Positions 1 to 8,581 of a stretch of DNA of 64,000 nucleotides are shown here, one piece after another. The stretch spans positions 3,296,001 to 3,360,000 of the forward strand of contig OZ257156.1 of assembly GCA_965279375.1 (NCBI GenBank), read 5' to 3'. Below the pieces are notes generated by a model. The model was not told the DNA's origin, made no database searches, and saw nothing but the letters and a program-made list of their open reading frames with translations. Position 1 is the first letter of the stretch; every line of letters starts with the position of its first letter. Origin of the DNA: Gemmatimonas sp. (GTDB lineage: Bacteria > Gemmatimonadota > Gemmatimonadetes > Gemmatimonadales > Gemmatimonadaceae). A program made the translations under genes and the position numbers.

Positions 1-153
1 CGGGACCGTTGCGTGTTTGTTGACCTGCAGAACGATGTAGGCGCCTTCGCGACCATCGACGCGTCCGATCATCCGCCGGTGCTCTACGTCGGCGAGTACG
101 TCAACTTCGATGATCTTGCGCTGCGCAACCTGCGCGAGTTCGAGGGATGGTGA
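1..153 (+). CDS. 3' end of a probable DUF4178-domain protein (partial, runs off window start)
   Basis: Frame 1 is open from base 1 to TGA at 151-153 (RDRCVFVDLQNDVGAFATIDASDHPPVLYVGEYVNFDDLALRNLREFEGW*). It resembles C-termini of DUF4178 proteins in this cluster type and lies 4 bp upstream of the next gene. Confidence 0.6.
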   Translation, partial: RDRCVFVDLQNDVGAFATIDASDHPPVLYVGEYVNFDDLALRNLREFEGW

Positions 154-157
154 GCCG

Positions 158-1462
158 ATGGTGACGACGCTCGATCCGGCGCCGCGCGTACCGCGCGCAT
201 CATCGCTCTCCTGTCCGTCGTGCGGCGCGGCCATCGTGCTCAAGTCGCAGGGGTGGGCTACGACGGTCGCCTGCGCCAGCTGCTCGGCGGTGCTCGACGC
301 CACCGACCCCAACCTCGCAATCCTGCAGCAGCACGGCAGCGCGATGCGAGTCGAGCCCCGCATCCCGCTGGGCTCGCGCGGTACGTGGAGCGGTGCGCCT
401 TGGGAGGTGGTGGGCTTTCAACAAGTCACCATCACCGTGGACGAGGAGGACTACTCGTGGACCGAGTACGTCTGCTTCAACCCGTACCGTGGCTTTCTCT
501 ATTTGTCCGAATACAACGGACACTGGAATGTCATCGAGAAGCTGCGTCGTAGACCGCAGGTGGATACGTCCGGCTCACGTCCCGTGGCCTCGTTGGACGG
601 AAAGTCCTTCAAGCACTTCCAGACGGCGGAAGCGGTCACCACGTTCGCGATTGGCGAGTTCCCGTGGGAGCTGCGCGTTGGCGATCGCCTGCAGGCGCGC
701 GACTTCATCGACCCGCCGTACATCCTGAGCGCAGAAGCCAGCGACGGTGAAGTGACGTGGTCGATGGGTACGTACACCGACAGCGAGCAACTCCGCAAAG
801 CGTTCGGCGTGCCGAGTCCGTTTCCACGGCCGCAGGGTGTCTTCGCGAATCAGCCCAACAGGTTTCGCGGTCCGGCGCGCTCTATCGGGGTGACTGCTGT
901 ACTGTTGCACGTCGCCATGATTGCGATGCTGGTGCTCAACGTGGCGACAGCGGGCAACCAGGTTGTGCTCTCGCAGGCATACACATACGATCGCGCGGAC
1001 TCGACGAACGCGACGCTGGTGACCCCTACGTTCGAGTTGACGGGCCGGCCATCGCGCGTGGCGCTCACGCTCGACACCGATGTGGACAACAACTGGGCGT
1101 TCTTCACGCTCTCGCTGATCAATGAGCAGACGGGTGACGTGCGCGAGGTCGAGCAGCAGGTGAGCGCCTATCACGGCACCGATTCCGACGGGAGCTGGTC
1201 GGAGGGCGGGCAGCGCGAAACCGTGCATCTCTCCTCCGTGCCCTCGGGGCGCTACTTCCTGCGCATCGCTGCGGAAGGCGGCGAGTTCGGTAGGCCGCCG
1301 GTGCGCTACACGCTTGTGGTAAAGCGTGATGTGCCGAGCTATCTGCTGTATTTCTTCGCGGCATTGGCGCTGATCGTGCCGACGGTGTTGGCGTTGTTCC
1401 CGTGGGCCAGTTTCGAAGGACGTCGCTGGTCGGAGAGTGACTATGCCTCGTCGGAGAGCTGA
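158..1462 (+). CDS. DUF4178-domain membrane protein with N-terminal zinc ribbon
   Basis: CPSCG...CASCS zinc-ribbon pair; W-x-E-Y...G-x-x-Y-L-S-E-Y-N-G-H-W and GEFPW motifs; two hydrophobic segments. Start placed at ATG 158, after the upstream stop. Confidence 0.75.
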   Translation: MVTTLDPAPRVPRASSLSCPSCGAAIVLKSQGWATTVACASCSAVLDATDPNLAILQQHGSAMRVEPRIPLGSRGTWSGAPWEVVGFQQVTITVDEEDYSWTEYVCFNPYRGFLYLSEYNGHWNVIEKLRRRPQVDTSGSRPVASLDGKSFKHFQTAEAVTTFAIGEFPWELRVGDRLQARDFIDPPYILSAEASDGEVTWSMGTYTDSEQLRKAFGVPSPFPRPQGVFANQPNRFRGPARSIGVTAVLLHVAMIAMLVLNVATAGNQVVLSQAYTYDRADSTNATLVTPTFELTGRPSRVALTLDTDVDNNWAFFTLSLINEQTGDVREVEQQVSAYHGTDSDGSWSEGGQRETVHLSSVPSGRYFLRIAAEGGEFGRPPVRYTLVVKRDVPSYLLYFFAALALIVPTVLALFPWASFEGRRWSESDYASSES

Positions 1463-1492
1463 GATGACAACGATCGCGGCGGGGGAGCGCTG

Positions 1493-1675
1493 ATGGCCAA
1501 AGTCTACACGGTGTGGGGCACTGCGGTGCTCCTTCTTCTCGGGGTGGCACAGTACCGCGGCTGGTCGCCGACCTCCACCAGCAGTGGCAAGACCAATCCA
1601 CGATCGGTGCGTGCCAATCCTGGTTCGTATCGCTCACCCTATTACCTCCCGGGGCGCACGCTCCGTGGCAAATAA
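1493..1675 (+). CDS. Small single-pass membrane protein (60 aa), unknown function
   Basis: GGGGAG ribosome-binding site upstream, N-terminal hydrophobic helix and basic tail; fills the gap in the operon. Confidence 0.65.
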   Translation: MAKVYTVWGTAVLLLLGVAQYRGWSPTSTSSGKTNPRSVRANPGSYRSPYYLPGRTLRGK

Positions 1676-1690
1676 CGGAGTCATGTCGCC

Positions 1691-1900
1691 ATGGATTCGC
1701 TGACGCAGAACGCAACGAGTGCAGCGGTGTTCGCCACGCTTGGCGTGGTGCTTTTTGTCGTGGCGTTCTTTGTGGTTGATTTTCTCACGCCGGGCAAGCT
1801 GTGGAATGAGATCAGCGAGAAGAAGAACACCGCTGCCGCGATCCTGATGGGTTCCGTGGCGATCGCCTTGGGCATCATCGTCGCGGCCGCGATTCATTGA
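1691..1900 (+). CDS. DUF350 family small membrane protein
   Basis: Two TM helices with D-x-L-T-P-G-x-L-W-x-E-I...N-x-A-A-A-I motif; GGAG RBS; overlaps the next start (TTGA). Confidence 0.8.
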   Translation: MDSLTQNATSAAVFATLGVVLFVVAFFVVDFLTPGKLWNEISEKKNTAAAILMGSVAIALGIIVAAAIH

Positions 1901-3393
1901 ACGTCGCGCTCTTCGTCTCTGTCTGTCTGATTGCCGCGTGCGGGCTCATCTACGAGCTCGTCGCGGGAGCGCTGGCGTCGTACCTGCTGGGCGACAGCGT
2001 CACCCAGTTCTCGACCGTCATTGGCACCTATCTCTTCGCAATGGGCATCGGGAGCTGGCTCTCCCGCTTCATCGTTCGCGGGCTCGTCACGCGCTTCGTC
2101 ATCATTGAACTGCTGGTCGGGATCGTCGGTGGGTTCTCCTCGCTGATCCTGTTTCTGGCCTTTGCGTATACCGATGCCTTTCGCCCGGTCCTGTATGGTC
2201 TGGTCGTCCTGATCGGCATTTTTGTCGGACTCGAAGTCCCGTTGCTGATGCGCATTTTGCGCGATCGCTTCGACTTCAAGGATGTCGTGTCGAATGTGCT
2301 CACCTTCGACTACATCGGTGCGCTCTTCGCATCACTGCTTTTTCCTTTGCTGCTCGTGCCGCGACTGGGGTTGGTGCGTTCGGCGATTCTCTTTGGATTC
2401 ATCAACGTGCTTGTCGGGCTCTGGAGCACGTGGCTCTTTCGTGATGTGCTCGCACGGCCGCGCTGGCTGCAGGCGGGCGGCACGCTGGCGTTGATGCTGC
2501 TTGGTGTGGGACTCTGGAAAGGGCAGGCGATCACCTCGCTCGCGGAAGAGGGGATGTACGCCGATCCCATCATCCTCGCACGCGACACGCGCTATCAGCG
2601 GATCATCCTTACGAACTGGAAGGATGATCTGCGGCTCTATCTCAACGGCCACCTCCAGTTCGCCTCGCGCGATGAGTACCGGTATCACGAAGCGCTCGTG
2701 CATCCGGGGCTGTCGGCCGTGCGCACGCGTGCGCGCGTGCTGGTTTTGGGCGGAGGCGATGGGTTGGCCGTCCGTGAGATCCTGCGATATCCCGACGTGC
2801 AGCAGATCACGCTCGTCGATCTCGATGAGGGCATGACAGCGCTTTTCCGCACGCACGAGCGATTGACCGCGCTCAACAAGCATTCGCTGCTGGATCCCCG
2901 TGTGCGCGTCATCAATGCCGATGCCTTCACCTGGCTCGATCAGACGGCACAGCAGTTCGACTTCGTCGTCATCGATTTCCCCGATCCGTCCAACTACCAC
3001 GTCGGCAAGCTGTACACGAGCGCGTTCTACCGGCTTGTGCAGCGACACATCGCGCCCGATGGGCTGCTGGTCGTGCAAAGCACCTCGCCGATGTTCGCGC
3101 GCCAGTCGTTTTGGAGCATCGTCGCAACACTCCAGGGCGCCGGTCTGCGCACGTGGCCGTATCACGTGTATGTGCCAAGCTTTGGCGAGTGGGGCTTCGT
3201 CATTGCGGGGAACAGCAGCTTTGCCATGCCGTCCACGCTGCCGAACGACCTTCGCTACCTCACCGTCGCCGGCGTGCCGTCGCTCTTCGATTTTCCGACG
3301 GACATGGCCGCGGTTCCGGCGGAGCCCAATCGGCTCAACGATCAGGTTCTCGTGCGCTACTATGAGCACGAGTTCGACGCGATCAATCGGTGA
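1897..3393 (+). CDS. speE: Polyamine aminopropyltransferase (spermidine synthase family) with N-terminal multi-TM domain
   Basis: About 7 TM helices followed by YQRI, LYLNGHLQF, YHEALVHP, VLVLGGGDG and DFPDP aminopropyltransferase motifs. Confidence 0.85.
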   Translation: MNVALFVSVCLIAACGLIYELVAGALASYLLGDSVTQFSTVIGTYLFAMGIGSWLSRFIVRGLVTRFVIIELLVGIVGGFSSLILFLAFAYTDAFRPVLYGLVVLIGIFVGLEVPLLMRILRDRFDFKDVVSNVLTFDYIGALFASLLFPLLLVPRLGLVRSAILFGFINVLVGLWSTWLFRDVLARPRWLQAGGTLALMLLGVGLWKGQAITSLAEEGMYADPIILARDTRYQRIILTNWKDDLRLYLNGHLQFASRDEYRYHEALVHPGLSAVRTRARVLVLGGGDGLAVREILRYPDVQQITLVDLDEGMTALFRTHERLTALNKHSLLDPRVRVINADAFTWLDQTAQQFDFVVIDFPDPSNYHVGKLYTSAFYRLVQRHIAPDGLLVVQSTSPMFARQSFWSIVATLQGAGLRTWPYHVYVPSFGEWGFVIAGNSSFAMPSTLPNDLRYLTVAGVPSLFDFPTDMAAVPAEPNRLNDQVLVRYYEHEFDAINR

Positions 3394-3473
3394 GATCGCC
3401 TCGTGCGCCGATGCGCGCGGTGCGCTCCGCGAGCGTGCGCGCCATCAACTTGTCATGGTGAGGACGACCACCG

Positions 3474-5051
3474 GTGGGTAGCCGCTGGTCGCGTCGCGAT
3501 TTTCTCCAGGCGCTCCCGGCGATCGTTTCGGCGCCCGCGCTGATCGGACTGTCGCGCAAGTCCGGGAGCGATATCGCCGGCGGATTCGTCAGCGATGACA
3601 GCGGGGCAGGGCACGCGCTGCGCGACGGCGTGACGCCTACCAAGGCGAAGGAACGGAATCGTTGCGCGGTCGCTATCATCGGCGGCGGCATTGGTGGGCT
3701 CAGCGCCGCGTGGCAGCTCGATCGCATGGGCATGACCGATTGGTCGCTGCTCGAGCTCGGGGATTCGACGGGCGGCAATGCACGGTCAGGGTCGAATCAG
3801 GTCAGTCGATTTCCGTGGGGGGCGCATTACGTGCCGGTTCCTGCCAAGGATGCCGAGCATGTGCGCGCGCTCTTTCGCGAACTCGGCGTGCTCGGAGCCG
3901 ATGGAAGCTGGGATGAGCGCATGCTCTGTCATTCTCCACAAGAGCGGCTCTTTCAGCACGGGCGTTGGCATGAGGGGCTCGAACCACTCGACGCGCTCAC
4001 TGCGACGGAACGTGCGCAGTTCGCGACGTTCGAGTCGCGCATCGAGGAGTGGCGGGCGACTGGCGCCTTCGCCGTGCCGTCGGCGCCCGGTCACGTGCGT
4101 GGCGAACGTGGTCCACGCGCGGCCGCTCTGCACGCGCTGGACTCGCAGACGGCGGACGCGTGGATGCGCGCGAACGGTTTCACCTCCAAGGCATTGCGCT
4201 GGTGGGTGGAGTACGGCACGCGCGATGACTACGGTGCATCGCTCACGCAGGCGAGCGCTTGGGCGGCGGTGCATTACTTCGCGGCGCGCGAGAGCGACGG
4301 CGAAGGTCCGCTGACGTGGCCCGAAGGAAACGACTGGATTGCGCGCCGCCTTGCGCAGCGGCTCGAGAACACCGCGCCGGGTCGTATCCGTACGAAGGCG
4401 CCAGCCTACGCGATCGAGCGGCTGAACAAGCGGTGGCTGGTGCGCACACCAGCCCTGGATGTGGAGTGCGACGCGGTCATCTGGGCGGCACCATTGTTCG
4501 TGCTGCCGCGCGTGATGCCGTCGGTTGTAGTCCCCGTGAGCGTCGAGTACGCACCATGGGTGGTGGCTAACCTGACGTTGCATCAGGCACCGGGAGAGCG
4601 CGGTGCGCCACTCGCCTGGGACAACGTGCTCTACGACAGTCCATCGCTCGGCTACGTCAACGCATCGCACCAGTCACTCGCGACGCCAACGGGGCGAATG
4701 GTCTGGACGTGGTATCACGCGGTGGTCGATCGCGAGGCGCGAGAGGGCCGCCGATGGATGCAGGCACGGCCGTGGAGCGAATGGCGCGATCAGATCGTCG
4801 CCGACCTGTCGCGCGCACATCCTGACATCGCCAACTGCGTCTCGCGCATCGACGTCATGCGTTGGGGGCATGCGATGGCGCGACCGACGCCCGGTGTCCT
4901 GTCCCGCGTGCGCACGCTCACGTCATGGTCGCCAGCGGACCGCATTTACTGCGCGCATGCAGACCTAAGCGGACTGAGCCTCTTCGAAGAGGCGCAGTGG
5001 CATGGTGTGCACGCGGCTGAGCGTGCGCGTCGAGCAGTGCACGCCGGTTGA
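3474..5051 (+). CDS. FAD-dependent oxidoreductase (amine oxidase-like) with twin-arginine signal
   Basis: SRRDFLQ Tat-like motif; IIGGGIGGLSAA dinucleotide-binding motif; GGNARSG...WGAHY; C-terminal DLSGLSLFEEA. Confidence 0.8.
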   Translation: MGSRWSRRDFLQALPAIVSAPALIGLSRKSGSDIAGGFVSDDSGAGHALRDGVTPTKAKERNRCAVAIIGGGIGGLSAAWQLDRMGMTDWSLLELGDSTGGNARSGSNQVSRFPWGAHYVPVPAKDAEHVRALFRELGVLGADGSWDERMLCHSPQERLFQHGRWHEGLEPLDALTATERAQFATFESRIEEWRATGAFAVPSAPGHVRGERGPRAAALHALDSQTADAWMRANGFTSKALRWWVEYGTRDDYGASLTQASAWAAVHYFAARESDGEGPLTWPEGNDWIARRLAQRLENTAPGRIRTKAPAYAIERLNKRWLVRTPALDVECDAVIWAAPLFVLPRVMPSVVVPVSVEYAPWVVANLTLHQAPGERGAPLAWDNVLYDSPSLGYVNASHQSLATPTGRMVWTWYHAVVDREAREGRRWMQARPWSEWRDQIVADLSRAHPDIANCVSRIDVMRWGHAMARPTPGVLSRVRTLTSWSPADRIYCAHADLSGLSLFEEAQWHGVHAAERARRAVHAG

Positions 5052-5083
5052 GTGTTACAACAATCGCTCATTTCTTTTTTTTT
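5049..5083 (+). terminator. Possible weak intrinsic terminator after the amine oxidase gene
   Basis: TGAGTG/CGCTCA short stem followed by TTTC and a T9 run (5075-5083). Confidence 0.35.
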
Positions 5084-5122
5084 GCGTGCGAGCTGAGCCG
5101 TTACGCAGCTGGCATTAGAATC

Positions 5123-5151
5123 TTGACGAATTGCTGCGCACATCCCACGTT
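5123..5151 (+). promoter_or_regulatory. Candidate sigma70-type promoter for susC
   Basis: TTGACG (5123-5128), 17 nt spacer, CACGTT (5146-5151); the -10 match is weak. Confidence 0.35.
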
Positions 5152-5369
5152 GGCATTGAGTACCGGCTGCGGCTGCTTGAGCGCGGCAATGACCGTGAAC
5201 TGATCGCGATGTGCTGCTGGCGAGCGCGTGCTTTCGCTGCTCGATGCGTTGATAGTCATCAAGAGACGGCCTGACTTCAGGTTGATGCGTTGTCGCTGCT
5301 CGATGAGTGAGAGCGGCGTCCTTCCGTAGGATTGCCCTGCGGTGCAGTACACTCATACCCATCCGGTAC

Positions 5370-8300
5370 ATGCACAAGAAGCCTCTTCGTCGGTTCGCTG
5401 CCGCCGTGCTTCTGGCGACCGCGATCACATCGCTCTCTCCCGTCATCGCCACGGTGGAAGCGCAAAGTGCACAGCGCGTCGTCACGGGAAAGGTCACGTC
5501 TGCTGTCGGCGGACGTGCGCTGCAGGGCGTGACCGTGATCGTGCGTGGTACGCAGCTGGGGACGATCACCAACGCGGCCGGTGAGTATCGACTCCTGCTT
5601 CCCGAGCAAGCGGGCACGGAGATCTTCACGTTTCGACTGCTGGGCTTCAAGGCAATCGACGAGCCGATCCGTGGTCGGACGACGATCAACATGGCGCTCG
5701 AAGAGTCGACGAACACACTCTCCGATGTCGTGGTCACGGCGAATGCGATCGTGCGCGAGACGAAAGAACTCGGCTACGCCATCGCTCAGGTCGAGCCGGA
5801 GAAGCTCACCGTGGCGCGCAGCTCCAACGTGCTCAACGGCCTCGCGGCGAAAGTCTCCGGCGTGCGTATCACGCAGCAGTCAGGCACCGTCGGCGGTTCG
5901 AGCAAGATCGTGATTCGCGGCGTGAACTCCATCGCCTCCGCATCCGAGCCACTCTTCGTGGTCGATGGTGTGCCCATCTCCAACTCGGCCTTCGCCGGGA
6001 CCGAGACGGAGATCGTGACCGGTGGTGTCGATGTGGGCAATCGCGCGCAGGACATCAATCCGGACGACATTGAATCGATGTCGGTGCTCAAGGGCGCCGC
6101 GGCGTCGGCGCTGTATGGGTCTCGCGCGCGAAACGGCGTGATCGTCGTGACGACCAAGCGCGGCTTCCAGGGGCAACCGCGATTCACCTACAACGGAAGC
6201 ACGCGCTCTGACGCGATCTTTCGCGCCCCGAAGTTTCAGAATTCGTACGCGCAGGGATCCCTCGGCGTGTACAACAAGGACCTGTCCAATGGTTGGGGGC
6301 CGCTCATCACCGGCCAACGCGTCGCCAATTTTTACGGCGACAGTGTGAACCTGGCGGCGGACCCGAGCAACTACTCGGACTACTTCCAGACCGGCCTGAC
6401 CAACGTGCATTCCATGGCGGTGTCGGGCGGCAGCGAGACCAGCGACTATCGGCTTGGCGGCACGTTTCTGGGACAGTCGGGCATCGTGCCTAACTCCGAA
6501 CTGCAACGCTACACCTTGGCGTTGAACGCCGGGCAGCGTTTCAAGGAGAAGTTCACGGCCAGAGTCGCGGCCAACTACGTGCGCTCCAATTCGTCCGGTC
6601 GAGCGTCGCAGGGGCAGAATGGGCAGAGCATTCCGACGTCGATCTGGACCTTTGCCTCCCGCACGCTCTCCACGGAGTTTCTGCGCAAGAATCGCGTCGG
6701 TCCGGATGGACGCGCCGGCTCGATCGATGGTACTGGCACCTCCAACAATCCGTACTGGGTGTCCGACAACAATGGGCTGAGCAACTCCACCGATCGGCTC
6801 TTCGGCAACACCTATCTCTCTTACGATGCCAAGCCGTGGTTCAACATCGCGTTCCGTGCGGGTACGGATATCGCGGTCGAAGGGCGTCGGTTCGTCACGC
6901 GCAAGGGAACCCGTGGTCGTCTCGACGGAGAGTTCGACACGCAGGACCTCAACGAGCGTGAGCTGAACACGGACCTTATCGGCACTTTCACGCGTCAGCT
7001 CGCGACGTCGCTGACCATGAAGGCCGTGGTTGGACACAACTTCAACAAGCGCACGTTCAAGCGGCAGCGCGTGTTCAGCCAAGGGCTCAACATCGACCAG
7101 CTGTACACGCAGGCGAACGCGAACGTGAATGCCGCGACGAACTTCTTTTCGGAACGGCAGTTGTACGGAGCCTACACCGATATCGGTTTCGGCTGGCGCG
7201 ACTATCTGTTTGTAAACGTCACCGGACGCAACGATTGGTCGTCCACGCTCCCGGTCGACAACAATAGCTACTTCTATCCGTCGGTCTCCACCGGATTCGT
7301 CGTCTCCGACGCGTTCCGCGAGTCGAGAATCTTCAAGAGCGGACTGGTGAGCTTCGCCAAGGTGCGGGCGAACTATGCGAACGTCGGATCGGATGAGGAG
7401 CCCTATCAGCTGGCCTTCACCTACTCGCCGCTCACGCAGCAGTCTGACATTTACACGTTCAATCAGAACTTCCCGTACAACGGCGCGTCGGCATTCGGAG
7501 CAACGAATGTGATCCCGCCCTCCAACCTGCGTCCGCAGCGCCAGTCGTCGTATGAAGTGGGATCTGAACTTCGGTTCCTGCGCAATCGTGTCGGGCTCGA
7601 CGTGACGTACTACAACGTCCGCAACTACGATCAGATCGTCTCTATCTCCGTGCCCCAGACGACGGGATTCAGCGCGCGCCGTCTCAACGTTGGCGAGATC
7701 TCCAACAAGGGACTCGAGTTGCAGGGGATGTACACGGTCGTGGAGCGTCCCCGAAACGGCTTCAAGTGGGATGTGAACGCCAACTACAGCCGCAACCGCA
7801 ACATCGTGGAGAAGCTGGCGCCGGGCCTCAAGGAATTCTCCGTGACGTCGGGTGATGGCTTTGGCCTGTTCGTGGTGGCGCAGCCGGGCACGACGTTCAA
7901 CCTGCAGGGCGTTGGCTTCCTGCGCGATTCCGTGAGCGGACAGTTCATCATCAATCCGCAGAACGGGCTTCGGATCTCGGGTCCGCGCAAGCTGCTGGGC
8001 AACATCTATCCGGACTGGATCGGTGGCATCAACAACTCCTTCAGCTACAAGAACGCCTCATTCTCGTTCCTCGTCGATGTGCGGCGTGGCGGTGTGATCG
8101 CGTCCAGCACGGTGTCGGCGCTCCGCTCATCCGGGACTGGCGAAGAAACATCCAACAGGACGCCGTTTGTGCAGCCGGGCGTGATTCGTAACGCAGACGG
8201 GAGCACGCGGCCGAATGATGTGCCGGTGTCGAGTGTGCAGGCGTACTGGGGCAATCTCGACAGCTCCGTCAGTCCGGAGAACAACGTGTTCGACGCGTCG

Positions 8301-8543
8301 TATGTGAAGCTTCGCGAGCTGCAGATCAGCTACAAGTTGCCCGGCAGCTGGGCCTCTCGCATGCGCGTACGCGAGGCGACATGGTCGTTGGAAGGGCGCA
8401 ATCTGTGGCTCATCTCGAGCAAGGTGCCCCACATCGATCCTGAGTCGAATGTGCTGGGAACCGGACTCATTGGCGAAGGCATCGAGCGCAACAACATTCC
8501 GTCGACTCGCTCCTTCGGCACCAATCTTCGCTTGACCTTCTGA
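5370..8543 (+). CDS. SusC/RagA family TonB-dependent outer membrane transporter
   Basis: Signal peptide; CarboxypepD_reg-like N-terminus; plug motifs IRGVNSI, PLFVVDGVP and DINPDDIESMSVLKGAAASALYGSRARNGVIVVTTKRG; C-terminal Phe. Start probably ATG 5370. Confidence 0.92.
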   Translation: MHKKPLRRFAAAVLLATAITSLSPVIATVEAQSAQRVVTGKVTSAVGGRALQGVTVIVRGTQLGTITNAAGEYRLLLPEQAGTEIFTFRLLGFKAIDEPIRGRTTINMALEESTNTLSDVVVTANAIVRETKELGYAIAQVEPEKLTVARSSNVLNGLAAKVSGVRITQQSGTVGGSSKIVIRGVNSIASASEPLFVVDGVPISNSAFAGTETEIVTGGVDVGNRAQDINPDDIESMSVLKGAAASALYGSRARNGVIVVTTKRGFQGQPRFTYNGSTRSDAIFRAPKFQNSYAQGSLGVYNKDLSNGWGPLITGQRVANFYGDSVNLAADPSNYSDYFQTGLTNVHSMAVSGGSETSDYRLGGTFLGQSGIVPNSELQRYTLALNAGQRFKEKFTARVAANYVRSNSSGRASQGQNGQSIPTSIWTFASRTLSTEFLRKNRVGPDGRAGSIDGTGTSNNPYWVSDNNGLSNSTDRLFGNTYLSYDAKPWFNIAFRAGTDIAVEGRRFVTRKGTRGRLDGEFDTQDLNERELNTDLIGTFTRQLATSLTMKAVVGHNFNKRTFKRQRVFSQGLNIDQLYTQANANVNAATNFFSERQLYGAYTDIGFGWRDYLFVNVTGRNDWSSTLPVDNNSYFYPSVSTGFVVSDAFRESRIFKSGLVSFAKVRANYANVGSDEEPYQLAFTYSPLTQQSDIYTFNQNFPYNGASAFGATNVIPPSNLRPQRQSSYEVGSELRFLRNRVGLDVTYYNVRNYDQIVSISVPQTTGFSARRLNVGEISNKGLELQGMYTVVERPRNGFKWDVNANYSRNRNIVEKLAPGLKEFSVTSGDGFGLFVVAQPGTTFNLQGVGFLRDSVSGQFIINPQNGLRISGPRKLLGNIYPDWIGGINNSFSYKNASFSFLVDVRRGGVIASSTVSALRSSGTGEETSNRTPFVQPGVIRNADGSTRPNDVPVSSVQAYWGNLDSSVSPENNVFDASYVKLRELQISYKLPGSWASRMRVREATWSLEGRNLWLISSKVPHIDPESNVLGTGLIGEGIERNNIPSTRSFGTNLRLTF

Positions 8544-8581
8544 TCTGCCTTCATCGAACCTCCTGCCTGCGAGCTCACGAC

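Noticed and set aside
5075..5083. T9 tract as a phase-variation switch for susCD
   Set aside because: It lies neither in a coding frame nor between the candidate -35 and -10; a terminator U-tract explains it more simply.
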